NCBI GenBank assembly: GCA_034521365.1
Contig: JAXHMQ010000007.1
Location: 663,961-727,960 of the forward strand
Direction of reading: 5' to 3'
DNA from: Halofilum sp. (in: g-proteobacteria)
Lineage (GTDB): Bacteria; Pseudomonadota; Gammaproteobacteria; XJ16; Halofilaceae
DNA length: 64,000 nucleotides
Shown: piece by piece, positions 51,669 through 64,000 of the stretch
How the letters are laid out: every line of letters starts with the position of its first letter
Position numbering within the stretch: position 1 is the stretch's first letter
Notes under the pieces: model-generated
Told to the model about the DNA's origin: nothing
What the model saw: the letters and a program-made list of their open reading frames with translations, nothing else
The model's database searches: none
Translations under genes and position numbers: made by a program

Positions 51669-52552
51669 TCACGGGCGCGCGGCGAGCGCGCGCTGCACGA
51701 ACGCCGGCTGGGTCATCGCGGCGCGCTGGATGTCGGCCGTGTAGTACTCGGTGTGGAAGGCCAGGCGCTCGGCCTCGTCGGCGCGCGCGAACGTGACCGG
51801 CCCGCCCTTGCGTGCCGCCGTCGCGGTCCACCAGCCGGTGGGGTAGCTCGGCTGCGGGAAATGGAACGAGAGCGGCTCGCCGAGCCCGGCGGCGCTCATG
51901 GCCGCGTGCATCGGCGCGATGATGGCGTCGAGGTGCGCGAGCGGCGACTCGCTCTGCTGCACCACGAGCCCGCCGTCGCCGAGCGCCCGGGCGCAGTCGC
52001 GGTAGAACGATTCCGTGAACAGCCCCTCGGCCGGGCCGATCGGGTCGGTCGAGTCGACGATGATCACGTCGAGCGCGCCGGGCTCGGTCTCGCGCACCCA
52101 GCGGATGCCGTCGTCGAAGGCGAGCCGGCACGCGCGCGTCGTCGTTGGCGCTGCACAGCTCCGGGAAGAACCGCTCCGAGACGCGGGTGACGCGCTCGTC
52201 GATGTCGACCTGGGTGACGCGCTCGATCCCCGGATGCTTGCAGCACCTCGCGCAGGGTGCCGCAGTCGCCGCCGCCGACGATGAGCACCTCGCGCGGGTC
52301 GGGGTGCGCGAACAGCACCGGGTGCGCCATCATCTCGTGGTAGAGGAAGTTGTCGCGCGCGGTGAGCATCAGGAAGCCGTCGATCACCATGACCCGCCCG
52401 AACCAGGTCGTCTCGTAGACCTCGATGGCCTGGTAATCCGACTGCTCGTGATGGATACGCCCGCCCGGGCCGAGCTCGAGCGCGAACGCCGAGCCCGACT
52501 CGCTGCAGACCTCGATGAACCACTGCTTGTCGTCGAGCGCCACCGTCGCCAT
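51669..52552 (-). CDS. speE: spermidine synthase (frameshifts near 52130-52240)
   Basis: SDYQAIEVYET, YHEMMAHP, VLIVGGGDCG, DVIIVDSTDPIGPAEGLF, YPTGWW. Confidence 0.92.
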
Positions 52553-52577
52553 CTCCCGGGGTCGATTCGTGCCACCT

Positions 52578-52600
52578 GTAGGAGCGAGCTCTGCTCGCGA
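52578..52600 (+). repeat. single GTAG-family REP
   Basis: GTAGGAGCGAGC-TCT-GCTCGCGA hairpin. Confidence 0.65.
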
Positions 52601-52720
52601 AGGGCCCTGCGTTCCCTCGGCGCGCGTGGGACAAATCCGCTACCCTGATCGGTCCCGCACGACCGGGCGTCGGATGATGCCGCGCGCCCCGTGCCCGTGC
52701 AAGCCGACGGCGGAGCGGCG

Positions 52721-54600
<1,880 letters not shown>

Positions 54601-54613
<13 letters not shown>

Positions 54614-54901
54614 ACGCGAATGGCGCCGCGGCGAGCGCACCGTGGCGGAGCTGCGCTGTCGGCATGGAGAACCACAGATGAACACAGATGGACACAGATT
54701 GCGCCGGGGCCGCGATAGGGGGAGTGGAGCTGCGCTGACGGTCCGTCGATCCAGTTTTGCCGGCAGCGAAGCTCCGTCGCGGTGTGCGCTATCGACGGTG
54801 CCCTCCGTGTTTATCTGTGTTCATCTGTGGTTCTACCGATGACAGCGCAGCTCCGCTGCCGTTCAGTCAGCCGCGGCGCCATTCGCGTCCATTCGCGGTT
54901 C
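54601..54901. repeat. nested inverted-repeat element, GAACCGCGAAT family (copy D)
   Basis: Four concentric arm pairs; outer GAACCGCGAATGAACGCGAATGGCGCCGCGGC / GCCGCGGCGCCATTCGCGTCCATTCGCGGTTC. Confidence 0.88.
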
Positions 54902-54937
54902 CCGAACTGAGGTGGCCCCGCCACCAGGACCTGAGCC

Positions 54938-56149
54938 ATGACCGAGATCATTTCCGACAACGTCGAGATCCCCGCCGCCGACGGGCGTACGCGCACGGCC
55001 GCGATCGAGCGCCCCGGGGCGGGCGCGACCGCGGACTGGGCCATCCTCGCCCACTGCTTCGCGCGCGACGACGGGGCCGCGGTGCGCATCGGGCGCGCCC
55101 TGGCCGAGCGCGGGCTCGCGGTGCTCTATCTCGAGCTCACGGGCCTCGGCACGGCCGAGGGCGAGCTGCCCGCGACCCATTTCTCGACGCAGGTGGCCGA
55201 GCTGGTCGCGGCGGCCGACTGGCTGCGCCGCGAGCACGGGGCGCCGCGGGTGCTCGTCGGTCACAGCCTGGGCGGGGCCGCGGTGCTCGCTGGCGTCGGC
55301 GAGATCCCGGAGGTGGCCGCCGTGGCCACGATCGGTGCGCCGGTGGACCCCACCCAGGTGCGCCGCCGCCTCGGCGAGGCGGCGGCCGGCACGGAGCCGG
55401 CCCCGGCCGTCGAGCCGGCGCTCGCGCTCGGGCCCGACCTGCTCGCCGACATCGAGCGCTGGGACCTGGCGCGCCGCGCGGGGCAGCTGCGCGCGGCGCT
55501 GCTCGTGTTCCACTCGCCGCTCGATGGCGTGGTCCCGATCGAGCACGGCCGGCGCCTGTTCGCCGCCGCGCCCCAGCCGAAGGGCTTCGTCTCGCTCGAC
55601 GCCGCGGACCATCGCCTCGGCGACCGGCGCGACGCGGACTACGTGGCCGCCATGCTCGACCCCTGGCTCGCGCGTTACGTGCCCGCGCCCGAGGCCGCGC
55701 CGGCGCCCGCGGTGGAGCCGGGACAGGTGCGCGTGGTCGAGAGCGGTCTCGGCCCGCTCGCCAACGACGTGTACGCCGGCGGCCACCGCCTGGCCGCCGA
55801 CGAGCCCGAGGCCGCCGGTGGCAGCGACACCGGCCCCGGGCCGTACGACTACCTGCTCGCCGGTCTCGGTGCGTGCACCTCGATGACCCTGCGCATGTAC
55901 GCCCGCCACAAGGGCATCGCGCTCGGCCGCGTCGCGGTGACGCTGCGCCACGACCGCGTGCACGCCGACGACTGCGCCGACTGCGAGCACCGGGAGGGCC
56001 ACATCGACCGGATCGAGCGCCACATCCGGCTCAGCGGCGACCTCGATGAGCGCCAGCGCGAGCGCCTGCTGCAGATCGCCGACCGCTGCCCGGTGCACCG
56101 CACGCTCACCGGTGTCATTGAAATCCGCACACGCGAGACACAGGACTGA
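54938..56149 (+). CDS. bifunctional alpha/beta hydrolase - OsmC family protein
   Basis: GHSLGG nucleophile motif, [27 protein letters not shown]. Confidence 0.9.
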   Translation: MTEIISDNVEIPAADGRTRTAAIERPGAGATADWAILAHCFARDDGAAVRIGRALAERGLAVLYLELTGLGTAEGELPATHFSTQVAELVAAADWLRREHGAPRVLVGHSLGGAAVLAGVGEIPEVAAVATIGAPVDPTQVRRRLGEAAAGTEPAPAVEPALALGPDLLADIERWDLARRAGQLRAALLVFHSPLDGVVPIEHGRRLFAAAPQPKGFVSLDAADHRLGDRRDADYVAAMLDPWLARYVPAPEAAPAPAVEPGQVRVVESGLGPLANDVYAGGHRLAADEPEAAGGSDTGPGPYDYLLAGLGACTSMTLRMYARHKGIALGRVAVTLRHDRVHADDCADCEHREGHIDRIERHIRLSGDLDERQRERLLQIADRCPVHRTLTGVIEIRTRETQD

Positions 56150-56153
56150 GCCC

Positions 56154-57279
56154 ATGCGGATCGTGATCGACGAGAACATCGACGGGGGCCGCCGGGCCTT
56201 CGCCGCGCTGGGCGATGTGGTGCTGCAGCCGGGCCGGGAGATCGACGCCGAGGACGTCTCGCGCGCCGACGCGCTCATGGTGCGCTCGGTCACGCGCGTC
56301 GACCGGACCCTGCTCGGCGGCTCGCGCGTGCGCTTCGTGGGCACCGCGACGAGCGGCCACGACCACGTCGACCGCGACTGGCTCGCCGATCGCGGTATCG
56401 GCTTCGCGTACGCGCCGGGCTGCAATGCCGCCGCGGTCGCCGACTGGGTCCTGGCGAGCCTGGCGGCGCTGGACCGCCGCGGCCGCCACGAGCTCGGCCG
56501 CGGCAGCGTCGGCGTGATCGGCGTCGGCGAGGTGGGCACGCGCGTCGCGCGCCGGCTCGCGGCCATGGGCTACGAGGTGCGCGCCTGCGACCCGCCTCGC
56601 GCCGAGGCCGAGGGCGGCGCCGGCTTCGTCGGCCTCGAGCAGGCGCTGGCGAGCGATGTCGTCAGCCTGCACGTGCCGCTCGTCGACGCCGGTGCCCACC
56701 CGACCCGCGACCTGCTCGGGGCGGCGCGGATCGACGCGCTCCCCGCGGGTGGCGTGCTGCTCAACGCCGCGCGCGGCGGCGTGGTCGACGAGGCCGCGCT
56801 GGCGGCGCGCCTCGAGCGCGGGCCGGCGCTCGCCGCGGCCATCGACACCTGGGCCGGCGAGCCGGCGATCTCCGCGGAGCTGCTCGCGCGCGTGGACCTG
56901 GGCACGCCGCACGTAGCCGGCCACTCGCGCCGAGGGCCGCCTGCGCGGCACGGCGATGATCGCGTGCGCGGCCGGGGAGCACTTCGGCGTCGACCCGGGC
57001 TGGGACTGGCGCGCCGATCTGCCGCCCGGTCCCACGCTCGAGCCGGTGGACGACCCGGTGGCGGCGATCCTCGCGGCCTACGACCCGGGCGACGACGATG
57101 CGCGCCTGCGGACCCTGCTCGAGGTCGCCCCGGTCGAGCGCCCGCGCGTGTTCGACGGCGTGCGCGCCGCCTGCCAGCGGCGGCGCGAGCTCGGCTTCCA
57201 CGCGCTGCCGGCGAACACCCCGGCCGCCGTGGCCGCGGCGGGTTTCGGCGCCCCCGACCCGGCCGACGCGGGCACCTGA
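56154..57279 (+). CDS. pdxB: 4-phosphoerythronate dehydrogenase (frameshift near 56930)
   Basis: [41 protein letters not shown]. Confidence 0.9.
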
Positions 57280-57392
57280 GCGCGGGCTCGTTCGGCGAAT
57301 TCGATCGATCGGCCCGGCAAATCCCATCCATCGGGCGCCGCCGGGGCGCCATCATGGCGTCATCGCAATCAGGCAACACAGCGGAGGATCCC

Positions 57393-58400
57393 ATGGGCCT
57401 GCTGATCGACGGCGTCTGGCACGACCAGTGGTACGACACCAGGAGCACGGGTGGGCGGTTCAGGCGCGAGAGCCCGAAGTTCCGCAACTGGATCACGCCC
57501 GACGGCGGCCCCGGGCCGCAGGGCGAGGGCGGCTTCCCGGCCGCGCCCGGGCGCTACCACCTCTACGTCTCGCTGGCCTGCCCCTGGGCGCACCGCGCGC
57601 TCATCCTGCGCCGGCTCAAGGGGCTCGAGGACGCGATCGGCGTGTCGGTGGTGCACCCGCACATGCTCGACAACGGCTGGGAGTACGCCGCGGACACCAG
57701 CGACGACATCCACCGCTTCGAGGGCACGGGCGATCCCGTCAACGGCGTGCGCTACCACCACCAGCTCTACACCATGGTCGACCCGCACTACACCGGGCGC
57801 GTCACGGTGCCGCTGCTGTGGGACCGGGAGCGGCGCACCATCGTCTCGAACGAGTCGGCCGACATCATCCGCATGCTCAACTCGGCCTTCGCCGGCGTCG
57901 CGGGCAACGACCTCGACTTCCATCCGCCCGACCTGCGCGAGACCATCGAGGCGATCAACGAGCCGATCTACCACCACGTCAACAACGGCGTGTACAAGAC
58001 CGGCTTCGCGACCACGCAGGATGCCTACGAGGAGGCCTTCGACGCGCTCTTCGCGGAGCTCGACCGGCTCGACACGCTGCTCGGCCGCCAGCGCTACCTC
58101 GCCGGTGAGCGGATCACCGAGGCCGACTGGCGGCTGTTCACCACGCTGGTGCGCTTCGACCCGGTGTACGTGGGCCACTTCAAGTGCAACCTGCGGCGCA
58201 TCGCCGACTACCCGAACCTCTCGGGCTACCTGCGCGAGCTCTACCAGTGGCCGGGCGTGCGCGACACGGTGAACCTCGAGCACATCAAGCAGCACTATTA
58301 CTACAGCCACGCCACCATCAACCCCACACGCATCGTGCCCCGGGGCCCCGCGCTGGACCTCGACGCGCCGCACGGACGCGAGCGCCTCGCCGCGGCGTAG
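57393..58400 (+). CDS. glutathione S-transferase, glutathionyl-hydroquinone reductase (YqjG-like)
   Basis: MGLLIDGVW, YVSLACPWAHR, VTVPLLWD, SNESADI, NNGVYKTGFA. Confidence 0.93.
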   Translation: MGLLIDGVWHDQWYDTRSTGGRFRRESPKFRNWITPDGGPGPQGEGGFPAAPGRYHLYVSLACPWAHRALILRRLKGLEDAIGVSVVHPHMLDNGWEYAADTSDDIHRFEGTGDPVNGVRYHHQLYTMVDPHYTGRVTVPLLWDRERRTIVSNESADIIRMLNSAFAGVAGNDLDFHPPDLRETIEAINEPIYHHVNNGVYKTGFATTQDAYEEAFDALFAELDRLDTLLGRQRYLAGERITEADWRLFTTLVRFDPVYVGHFKCNLRRIADYPNLSGYLRELYQWPGVRDTVNLEHIKQHYYYSHATINPTRIVPRGPALDLDAPHGRERLAAA

Positions 58401-58553
58401 GTCGACACGCGCCCTGTCCCCGTCCGGTCGATCGGGGGACCTGCGCCCGGCCCGCCACCGGCGTGACGCGGCCGTACGCCGGCCCTCCCGTCCCCGGGCA
58501 CGCGACTTGCTACCGGCGTGTTGCACGTCATGTGTCGCACGGTGGGGACGAGC

Positions 58554-60248
58554 ATGCACGGTGGCAGCCCCGGCGCGGAGGCCGGCGAGAACAGGGGATG
58601 GCCCGCGCGGGCACGGGCGCTGCTGGTGCGCGCGGCCACCAGCCTGCGCGGCCAGATCCTGCTGCTCGTGCTCGCGGCGACCGGCGTCACCGCGCTGCTC
58701 TCCGCCTGGACCTCGACCGCGACCATCGAGCGCTACCTCGGCAGCCGCATCGAGGAGCAGTTCCCGGCGCTGCTGAGCGGCAAGGCCCGCGAGGTCGAGC
58801 TCTGGTACCAGCAGGCCCGTTTCAACGTCGAGACGTTCGCGCGCAGCGAGACCGTGCAGCGCAACGTGCCCCGCCTCGGCGCCGCGGGCGACGCGGTCGC
58901 GCGCGAGGAGCTGCGCATCTACCTCGACTACATCCGCGATCGTTTCGACTACTACATCGCGCTCTCGCTGCTCGACCCCGAGGGGGAGGAGCAGCTGCGC
59001 ACCGGCCACGAGGTCGCGCTGCCCGACGCGGTGCGCGCCGGCGCCCAGGGCCTGCAGCAGGCGCGCGTGCACGGGCTGCTGCACGACGCCGGGCGCGCGA
59101 TGCAGGTCGCCAGCGCGCCCGTGCCCGGCGCCGGCGGGGCCACCCTGCACGCCGTCATCGACCTGGCCTCGCTCGACGCGGCCCTGGGCGACGGCATCGA
59201 GCGCGCGGCGACCGACGTCCTGCTGCTCGACGCCGACGGCCGCTACGTCGCCGGCACGCTCGAGACGCTGCCACCCGGTGGGCGCGTGCACCGTGGCCCG
59301 GCCCCGGACGGCGACGGCGGCATCCAGACCTACGTCAACAGCCGCGGGCAGCGGGTGATCGGTGGCGCCCGCGCGGTGCGCGACGACGGCTGGACGCTGG
59401 CCATCGAGCAGGACTACGAGGCCGCCTTCGAGCCGGTGGGTGCGCTGGTCACGCGCGTCGTCTGGGCCGACGCCCTCATCGGCCTGGTGCTGGTGCTCGT
59501 GGCGGGCCGCGTCGTCGTCTCCGCGACGCGCCCGGTCGGGGCCCTCGCCTCGGCGGCACAGCGCGTCGCCGCCGGCGATACCGAGGTCCGCGTGCACGAG
59601 CGCCGCGGGGCCAGCGAGCTGGTGCGCCTGACGCACGCCTTCAACCAGATGACCGAGCACCTCCACGCCCAGCGCCGCGCCCTGGAGCAGCGCAACGACG
59701 ACCTCCAGCAGCTGTCGATGACCGATGGGCTGACCGGCACCTACAACCACCGCTACTTCCGCGAGCAGCTGCCGGTGGAGATCAAGCGCGCGGACCGGAT
59801 CGGCCGCGAGCTCGCCCTGATCATGCTCGACATCGACGACTTCAAGGCGATCAACGACACCTACGGCCATGCCGTTGGCGACCAGATCCTGCGCGCCGTG
59901 GCCGACGCCCTCGGCGCCACGGTGAGGGATACGGACCTGCTGGCCCGTTACGGCGGCGAGGAGTTCGTCGTGCTCGCCGAGCACGATGACCGCGACGGGG
60001 CGCTGGTGCTCGCCGACAAGCTGCGCCGCGCGGTGGCGGCGCTCGCCTGGCCCCCCGAGGGCGAGGCCGGCGAGCGCGTGGCGCTCACCGTGTCGGCGGG
60101 CGTCGCGCTCCACGAGGGGGATGCCGAGGCGCTGTTCCGCAACGCGGACGCGGCGTTGTACGCGGCGAAGGCCGGCGGCAAGAACCGGGTGGCATTCGGC
60201 GACGCCGACGGCGCGGCCGTGCACGATCCGGGCGCCGGCGAGGGCTGA
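58554..60248 (+). CDS. membrane sensor diguanylate cyclase (Cache/HAMP-GGDEF)
   Basis: Two TM, HAMP, TDGLTG, RDTD I-site, RYGGEEF. Confidence 0.9.
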   Translation: MHGGSPGAEAGENRGWPARARALLVRAATSLRGQILLLVLAATGVTALLSAWTSTATIERYLGSRIEEQFPALLSGKAREVELWYQQARFNVETFARSETVQRNVPRLGAAGDAVAREELRIYLDYIRDRFDYYIALSLLDPEGEEQLRTGHEVALPDAVRAGAQGLQQARVHGLLHDAGRAMQVASAPVPGAGGATLHAVIDLASLDAALGDGIERAATDVLLLDADGRYVAGTLETLPPGGRVHRGPAPDGDGGIQTYVNSRGQRVIGGARAVRDDGWTLAIEQDYEAAFEPVGALVTRVVWADALIGLVLVLVAGRVVVSATRPVGALASAAQRVAAGDTEVRVHERRGASELVRLTHAFNQMTEHLHAQRRALEQRNDDLQQLSMTDGLTGTYNHRYFREQLPVEIKRADRIGRELALIMLDIDDFKAINDTYGHAVGDQILRAVADALGATVRDTDLLARYGGEEFVVLAEHDDRDGALVLADKLRRAVAALAWPPEGEAGERVALTVSAGVALHEGDAEALFRNADAALYAAKAGGKNRVAFGDADGAAVHDPGAGEG

Positions 60249-60266
60249 GCCGGCGCCCGGCCGCCC

Positions 60267-60983
60267 TCAGGGCTGCTCGGTGAGCAGCTCCCCGTAGATC
60301 CACCCGTTGCCCGCCGCCGCGGGCGTGACGATCCGCATCCAGCTGCCTTCGCGGGCGCGCACGCGCACCGGCGTGCCGCGCTCGAGCACGAGCGCGACCG
60401 GGGCATCCATCGACGGCGCGTCGCGCACGTTGGCGCGCCGTGGCTGCACGTAACGCGTGTCCGGGTCGGCGCGCAGCGCCTCGAGCTCGGCCAGGACCTC
60501 CTCGGCGATGCGGCGGCCGCGCGCGGTGAAGAACACGGCCGAGCCGAAGTTGCCCGCCTCGATGTGGCGCTCCGCCTCGCCCAGCTTGGCGCGCGCCCGC
60601 GCGACGCGTGCGCCGCCCCAGGGCGCCGCGCGCGCCGCGCGCTCGACCAGGATGCGGGCGTCGGCGAGGGCCGAGACGGCGTCGGCGCGCGAGTGGCGGC
60701 CCTTGAGCCCGGACTCGAGCGTGACCAGCGCGTCCTCCGCGTCGGCCAGGTCCGCGCGCAGGCGCTCGTTCTCGCGCCCGAGGTCGTCGGCGCGCTGGCG
60801 CGCGCGCGTGAGCTCGGTGCGCAGGCGCCGTTGCTCCTCGCGGGCGGCCTCGAGGCGCGCGGCCGGCACCGTCGCGGGCGCGGCCTCCGCGGCGGCGGCC
60901 TCGCCGTTGCCCCGCGGCGGCTGCGTGGCGCAGCCCGTCGCGAGGACGAGCGCCATGACGAGCGCCGCGGTGCGGGTGCTCAC
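60267..60983 (-). CDS. lipoprotein with coiled coil and C-terminal SH3-like domain
   Basis: LATGC lipobox; ANVRDAPSMDAPV...W....GWIYGELL. Confidence 0.75.
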   Translation of the reverse strand: MSTRTAALVMALVLATGCATQPPRGNGEAAAAEAAPATVPAARLEAAREEQRRLRTELTRARQRADDLGRENERLRADLADAEDALVTLESGLKGRHSRADAVSALADARILVERAARAAPWGGARVARARAKLGEAERHIEAGNFGSAVFFTARGRRIAEEVLAELEALRADPDTRYVQPRRANVRDAPSMDAPVALVLERGTPVRVRAREGSWMRIVTPAAAGNGWIYGELLTEQP

Positions 60984-61005
60984 GGGCCGGATCCGGGTGT
61001 CAGCC

Positions 61006-61215
61006 TCAGCCGTCGAGCGTGAAGCCGACCTCGACGGTGACCTGCCAGTGGGAGATGCGCCCGTCCTCGATGTGACCGCGCGTGTCGCGCACCTCGAACC
61101 AGCGCATGTTGTGGACCGTCTGCGAGGCGCGCTCGATCGCGTTCTGCACCGCGTCCTCGATGCCCTTCTCGGACGAGCCCGTGAGCTCGAGGTGCTTGTA
61201 GACGTGGTCGCTCAT
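61006..61215 (-). CDS. dodecin (flavin-binding)
   Basis: [12 protein letters not shown]...RWFEV...WQVTVEVGF, 69 aa. Confidence 0.93.
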   Translation of the reverse strand: MSDHVYKHLELTGSSEKGIEDAVQNAIERASQTVHNMRWFEVRDTRGHIEDGRISHWQVTVEVGFTLDG

Positions 61216-61269
61216 CGCTGCCTCTCCGTGCGGGACCCGCGGTCATACTCCGACCCCGGGGCATGGCGG

Positions 61270-62113
61270 TCAAGCGCGCTCGCCGGCGGCCGCCATGGCA
61301 TCGGCGAAGAACGCGTTCCAGGGCCCGGAGCCACCCAGGCTGCCGCCGCCGTCGACGGTGAGCACGGTGCCGCTGACGTAGGCGGCCAGCGGTGACGACA
61401 GGAATGCCGCCGCGGCGCCGATGTCCTCGGTGCGCCCGAGGCGGCCCAGCGGCACGATGCGGGCGGCCCGCGCCACGGCGTCGCCGGGGAGCAGGCGCCG
61501 GACGCCCTCGGTGTCCTCGATCGGGCCCGGCTCGATGGCGTTGGCGCGGATGCCGTGGCGACCCCACTCGAGCGCGAGCGTGCGCATCAGCTGCTCGACG
61601 CCGGCCTTGGCGGCGCAGACGTGGGCCTGGCCCGCGAACGCCTGCACCGCGTGCACGGCGGAGATCATCACGACGTCGCCGCCGGTCTCGCGCAGCTGCC
61701 CGAAGGCGGCCCGCGAGGCGTGGAAGCTGCCGTTGAGGTCGATGTCCACGACCGCCCGGAAGCCGTTCGGCGAGAGCGTCTCGGCGGGCGCGAGGAAGTT
61801 GCCGGCGGCGCCGCACACCAGCGTGCTCAGCGCGCCGAGCTCGGCGCGCGAGCCTGCTCCAGCGCGGCCTCGAGCGCGTCCGGGATCGCGCACGTCGGCG
61901 ACGGCCGTGGCGACCGCGCGCGCGCCGGCCGCCTCGATCTCGGTGCGCGCCCGCTCGAGGCGCTCGGCGTCGCGTCCGCAGATGCCGACCGCCGCGCCCA
62001 GGCGCGCATAGGCACGCGCGATCGCCGAGGTTGATGCCGCTGCCGCCGCCGGTGATGAACACGGTGTGCCCGGCGAACAGGTCGGGGCGCAGGGCGTCGA
62101 GCGGATCGGACAT
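61270..62113 (-). CDS. SDR oxidoreductase, 2,4-dienoyl-CoA reductase-like (frameshifted)
   Basis: ITGGGSGIN, GAAGNFLAPA, HVCAAKAG, PGPIEDTEG. Confidence 0.85.
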
Positions 62114-62115
62114 GC

Positions 62116-62802
62116 CTACAACTCCCGTGCGCGCGGCTTCCACGGCAGCTTGCCGCGCCAGTAGAGAATCAGCACCAGTCCGGTGACCATGCCGCCCAGG
62201 TGCGCGAAGTGCGCCACGCCCGCCTGCGTGCCGGTGATCCCGAGATACAGCTCGATCGCCGCGTAGCCGAGCACGAAGTACTTGGCCTTGATCGGGATCG
62301 GCGGGATCAGCAGCAGGATGTACTGGTTCGGGAAGCGCAGGCCGAACGCGAGCAGGATGCCGAACACGCCACCCGACGCGCCGATCGTCGGCACCGGCTC
62401 GACGTAGCCGTTCGCGCCCAGCGCCATGACCGCCAGGTGCATCAGCGCGGCGCCGATCACGCAGACGAAGTAGTAGGCGAGGAAGCGGCGCGAGCCCCAC
62501 ACCATCTCGATCAGGCTGCCGAACATCCACAGCGCGAACATGTTGAAGAACAGGTGCAGCAGGTTGCCGTGCAGGAACGAGTAGGTGACCAGCTGCCAGG
62601 GATGGAACTGCGGCACCCGCTGCAGGCCGATGCTGCCCTCGACGTAGCCCGGCGTGCCGATCGGCCAGAGCGCGAAGTCGACGACCAGGCCCATGCCGCC
62701 GAGCCCCTGCAGCAGGTAGACGAGGCCGTTGCCGATCAGCAGGGCCTGGACCACCGGCGGGAACGTGCCGGCCCGGTTCGGGTGGCTGAAGTAGTCGGCC
62801 AT
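62116..62802 (-). CDS. rhomboid intramembrane serine protease
   Basis: PWQLVTYSFLHG, HLFFNM, GASGG, AHFAHLGG. Confidence 0.93.
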   Translation of the reverse strand: MADYFSHPNRAGTFPPVVQALLIGNGLVYLLQGLGGMGLVVDFALWPIGTPGYVEGSIGLQRVPQFHPWQLVTYSFLHGNLLHLFFNMFALWMFGSLIEMVWGSRRFLAYYFVCVIGAALMHLAVMALGANGYVEPVPTIGASGGVFGILLAFGLRFPNQYILLLIPPIPIKAKYFVLGYAAIELYLGITGTQAGVAHFAHLGGMVTGLVLILYWRGKLPWKPRAREL

Positions 62803-62893
62803 GGGCTGCAGTCGATCGCTCAGGGTGACGGGGCGCCGGCCGCGAGGGCCCGACGGGGATCGGCAGCGAGCATGACGGTCCGGCCGCGCCTTT

Positions 62894-63415
62894 TCAACGC
62901 GGCGCGCAGGCGCGCACCCACGCGGCCTGCTCGGGGCTCTCGATGGCCCCGGGGCGGGCCCGTCGCACCGCCACGATCGCCGCCTGCGGCTCCAGGCCGC
63001 GCTCGATCAGCAGGCGCGCGGCCACGGTGCCGGTGCGCCCGATGCCGGCGCGGCAGTGCAGGGCCACGCGCGCATCGGCGTCGAGCCGGCGGTGCAGTGC
63101 CGGGCCCACCTCGGCCCAGGCCGTCTCGAACGCGGTCCCCGGGGCCGCACCGTCGACCACCGGCAGGTGCCACCAGGCCAGGCCCTGGCGCGCGGCGCGC
63201 TCGCCCAGGCCCTCGACCCCGAGCAGGGTCAGCTCGAACGGCTGCACCAGCGTGACCAGCGCGCCCGCGCCCCAGTCCACGAGCGTCGCCAGGTCGGCGT
63301 CGAGCGCCGCGTCCGTGTCGGCGGGGAACAGGCCGGCGCCGCCGGCGCCCGGGCAGTGCACCAGCCCGATGCGCCCGCCGCCGGGCGCGCGCACGTTGTC
63401 GATGGCCGCCGTCAT
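62894..63415 (-). CDS. dual-specificity/tyrosine phosphatase (CDKN3-like)
   Basis: IGLVHCPG, HLPVVDG, HCRAGIGRTG CX5R motif, RPGAIES. Confidence 0.85.
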   Translation of the reverse strand: MTAAIDNVRAPGGGRIGLVHCPGAGGAGLFPADTDAALDADLATLVDWGAGALVTLVQPFELTLLGVEGLGERAARQGLAWWHLPVVDGAAPGTAFETAWAEVGPALHRRLDADARVALHCRAGIGRTGTVAARLLIERGLEPQAAIVAVRRARPGAIESPEQAAWVRACAPR

Positions 63416-63788
63416 CGCGTGCCTTCCGGGACGGGGATTGCCCGCTGCAGTGTCCGTACGGTTCATACGTTGGGTCCACCCGCGCGAAACCCAAGCGCGC
63501 ATCCGCGCCGGCAGCTCGCGGTTGCGCCGGCGGTTCGTCTCCCTCCGGCGCTTCCACGTGCCGCAGGAGCGACCTCCGGTCGCGAATACGGCCTCGCCGA
63601 TGCCACGCACCGGTCCGCGGCCGGAGGCCGCTCCTGCAGGCAATCGATGCCGCAGTGGCATCGGCCTGCCCTTGTGTCATTGCGAGCCCCTCAGGCCCCC
63701 GGCGGGGGGCCCCGAACCGGGGATGACGTCGTTGCGTCATCACGAGTCGCGACGAGCGGTATCGGACCGCCGCCGCCGAAACGAAGGG

Positions 63789-63827
63789 CCCCCTCTCCCG
63801 CTTCGCGGAGAGGGACGGGGTGAGGGG
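63789..63827. repeat. REP-like palindromic unit
   Basis: CCCCTCTCCCGC-TTC-GCGGAGAGGG-ACGGGGTGAGGGG; a similar tail occurs near 47031-47054. Confidence 0.55.
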
Positions 63828-64000
63828 CGTCGAGGCAGGCACCACCGCATTGGGGCCTCTGGCACGGGGCTCCGCGATGCCCGGGTGCATGGCGTGGCGA
63901 GGGTGCGATGCGCGCGTTCGCCTGCGGCAGAAACGCGCCTACTGTCGCTGTGGCCGGACGAATGGTCGATGTCATTAAGAGGAGCGAAGCGACGTGGCAA

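Noticed and set aside
56046-58400. PdxB-GST fusion protein (784-aa ORF)
   Set aside because: Read-through caused by the pdxB frameshift; the GST has its own GGAGG RBS and ATG at 57393.

Overview
A very GC-rich chromosomal window, most likely from a gammaproteobacterium (trmB-thiG-thiS, engB-cytochrome c4-dsbA and comM-ubiK gene orders). It holds housekeeping genes, three tRNAs (Gly-CCC, Thr-CGT, Arg-CCG), two c-di-GMP enzymes and an RND pump. It also holds an anaerobic respiration/NO block: hemN, narK1-narK2-narGHJI-PPIase, a lone tupA, HNH, a Crp/Fnr regulator and nnrS, with six clear FNR-type boxes. About 17 genes carry frameshifts, probably long-read consensus errors. I found no CRISPR array, prophage, integrase or transposase. 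The most interesting signal is non-coding: (i) a candidate sigmaE-driven four-hairpin sRNA with an anti-Shine-Dalgarno loop, convergent with engB; (ii) a family of nested inverted-repeat elements built from 10-bp-period units; (iii) a 76-79 bp mini-element inserted at the same A(T/G)T^CG target in both a tRNA T-arm copy and one of those repeats; (iv) two CTAG-bounded MITEs sitting on TAG stop codons; (v) a four-copy ~230-bp REP-containing tandem array that includes a gene 3' end. All protein calls come from motif recognition by eye; no searches were run.
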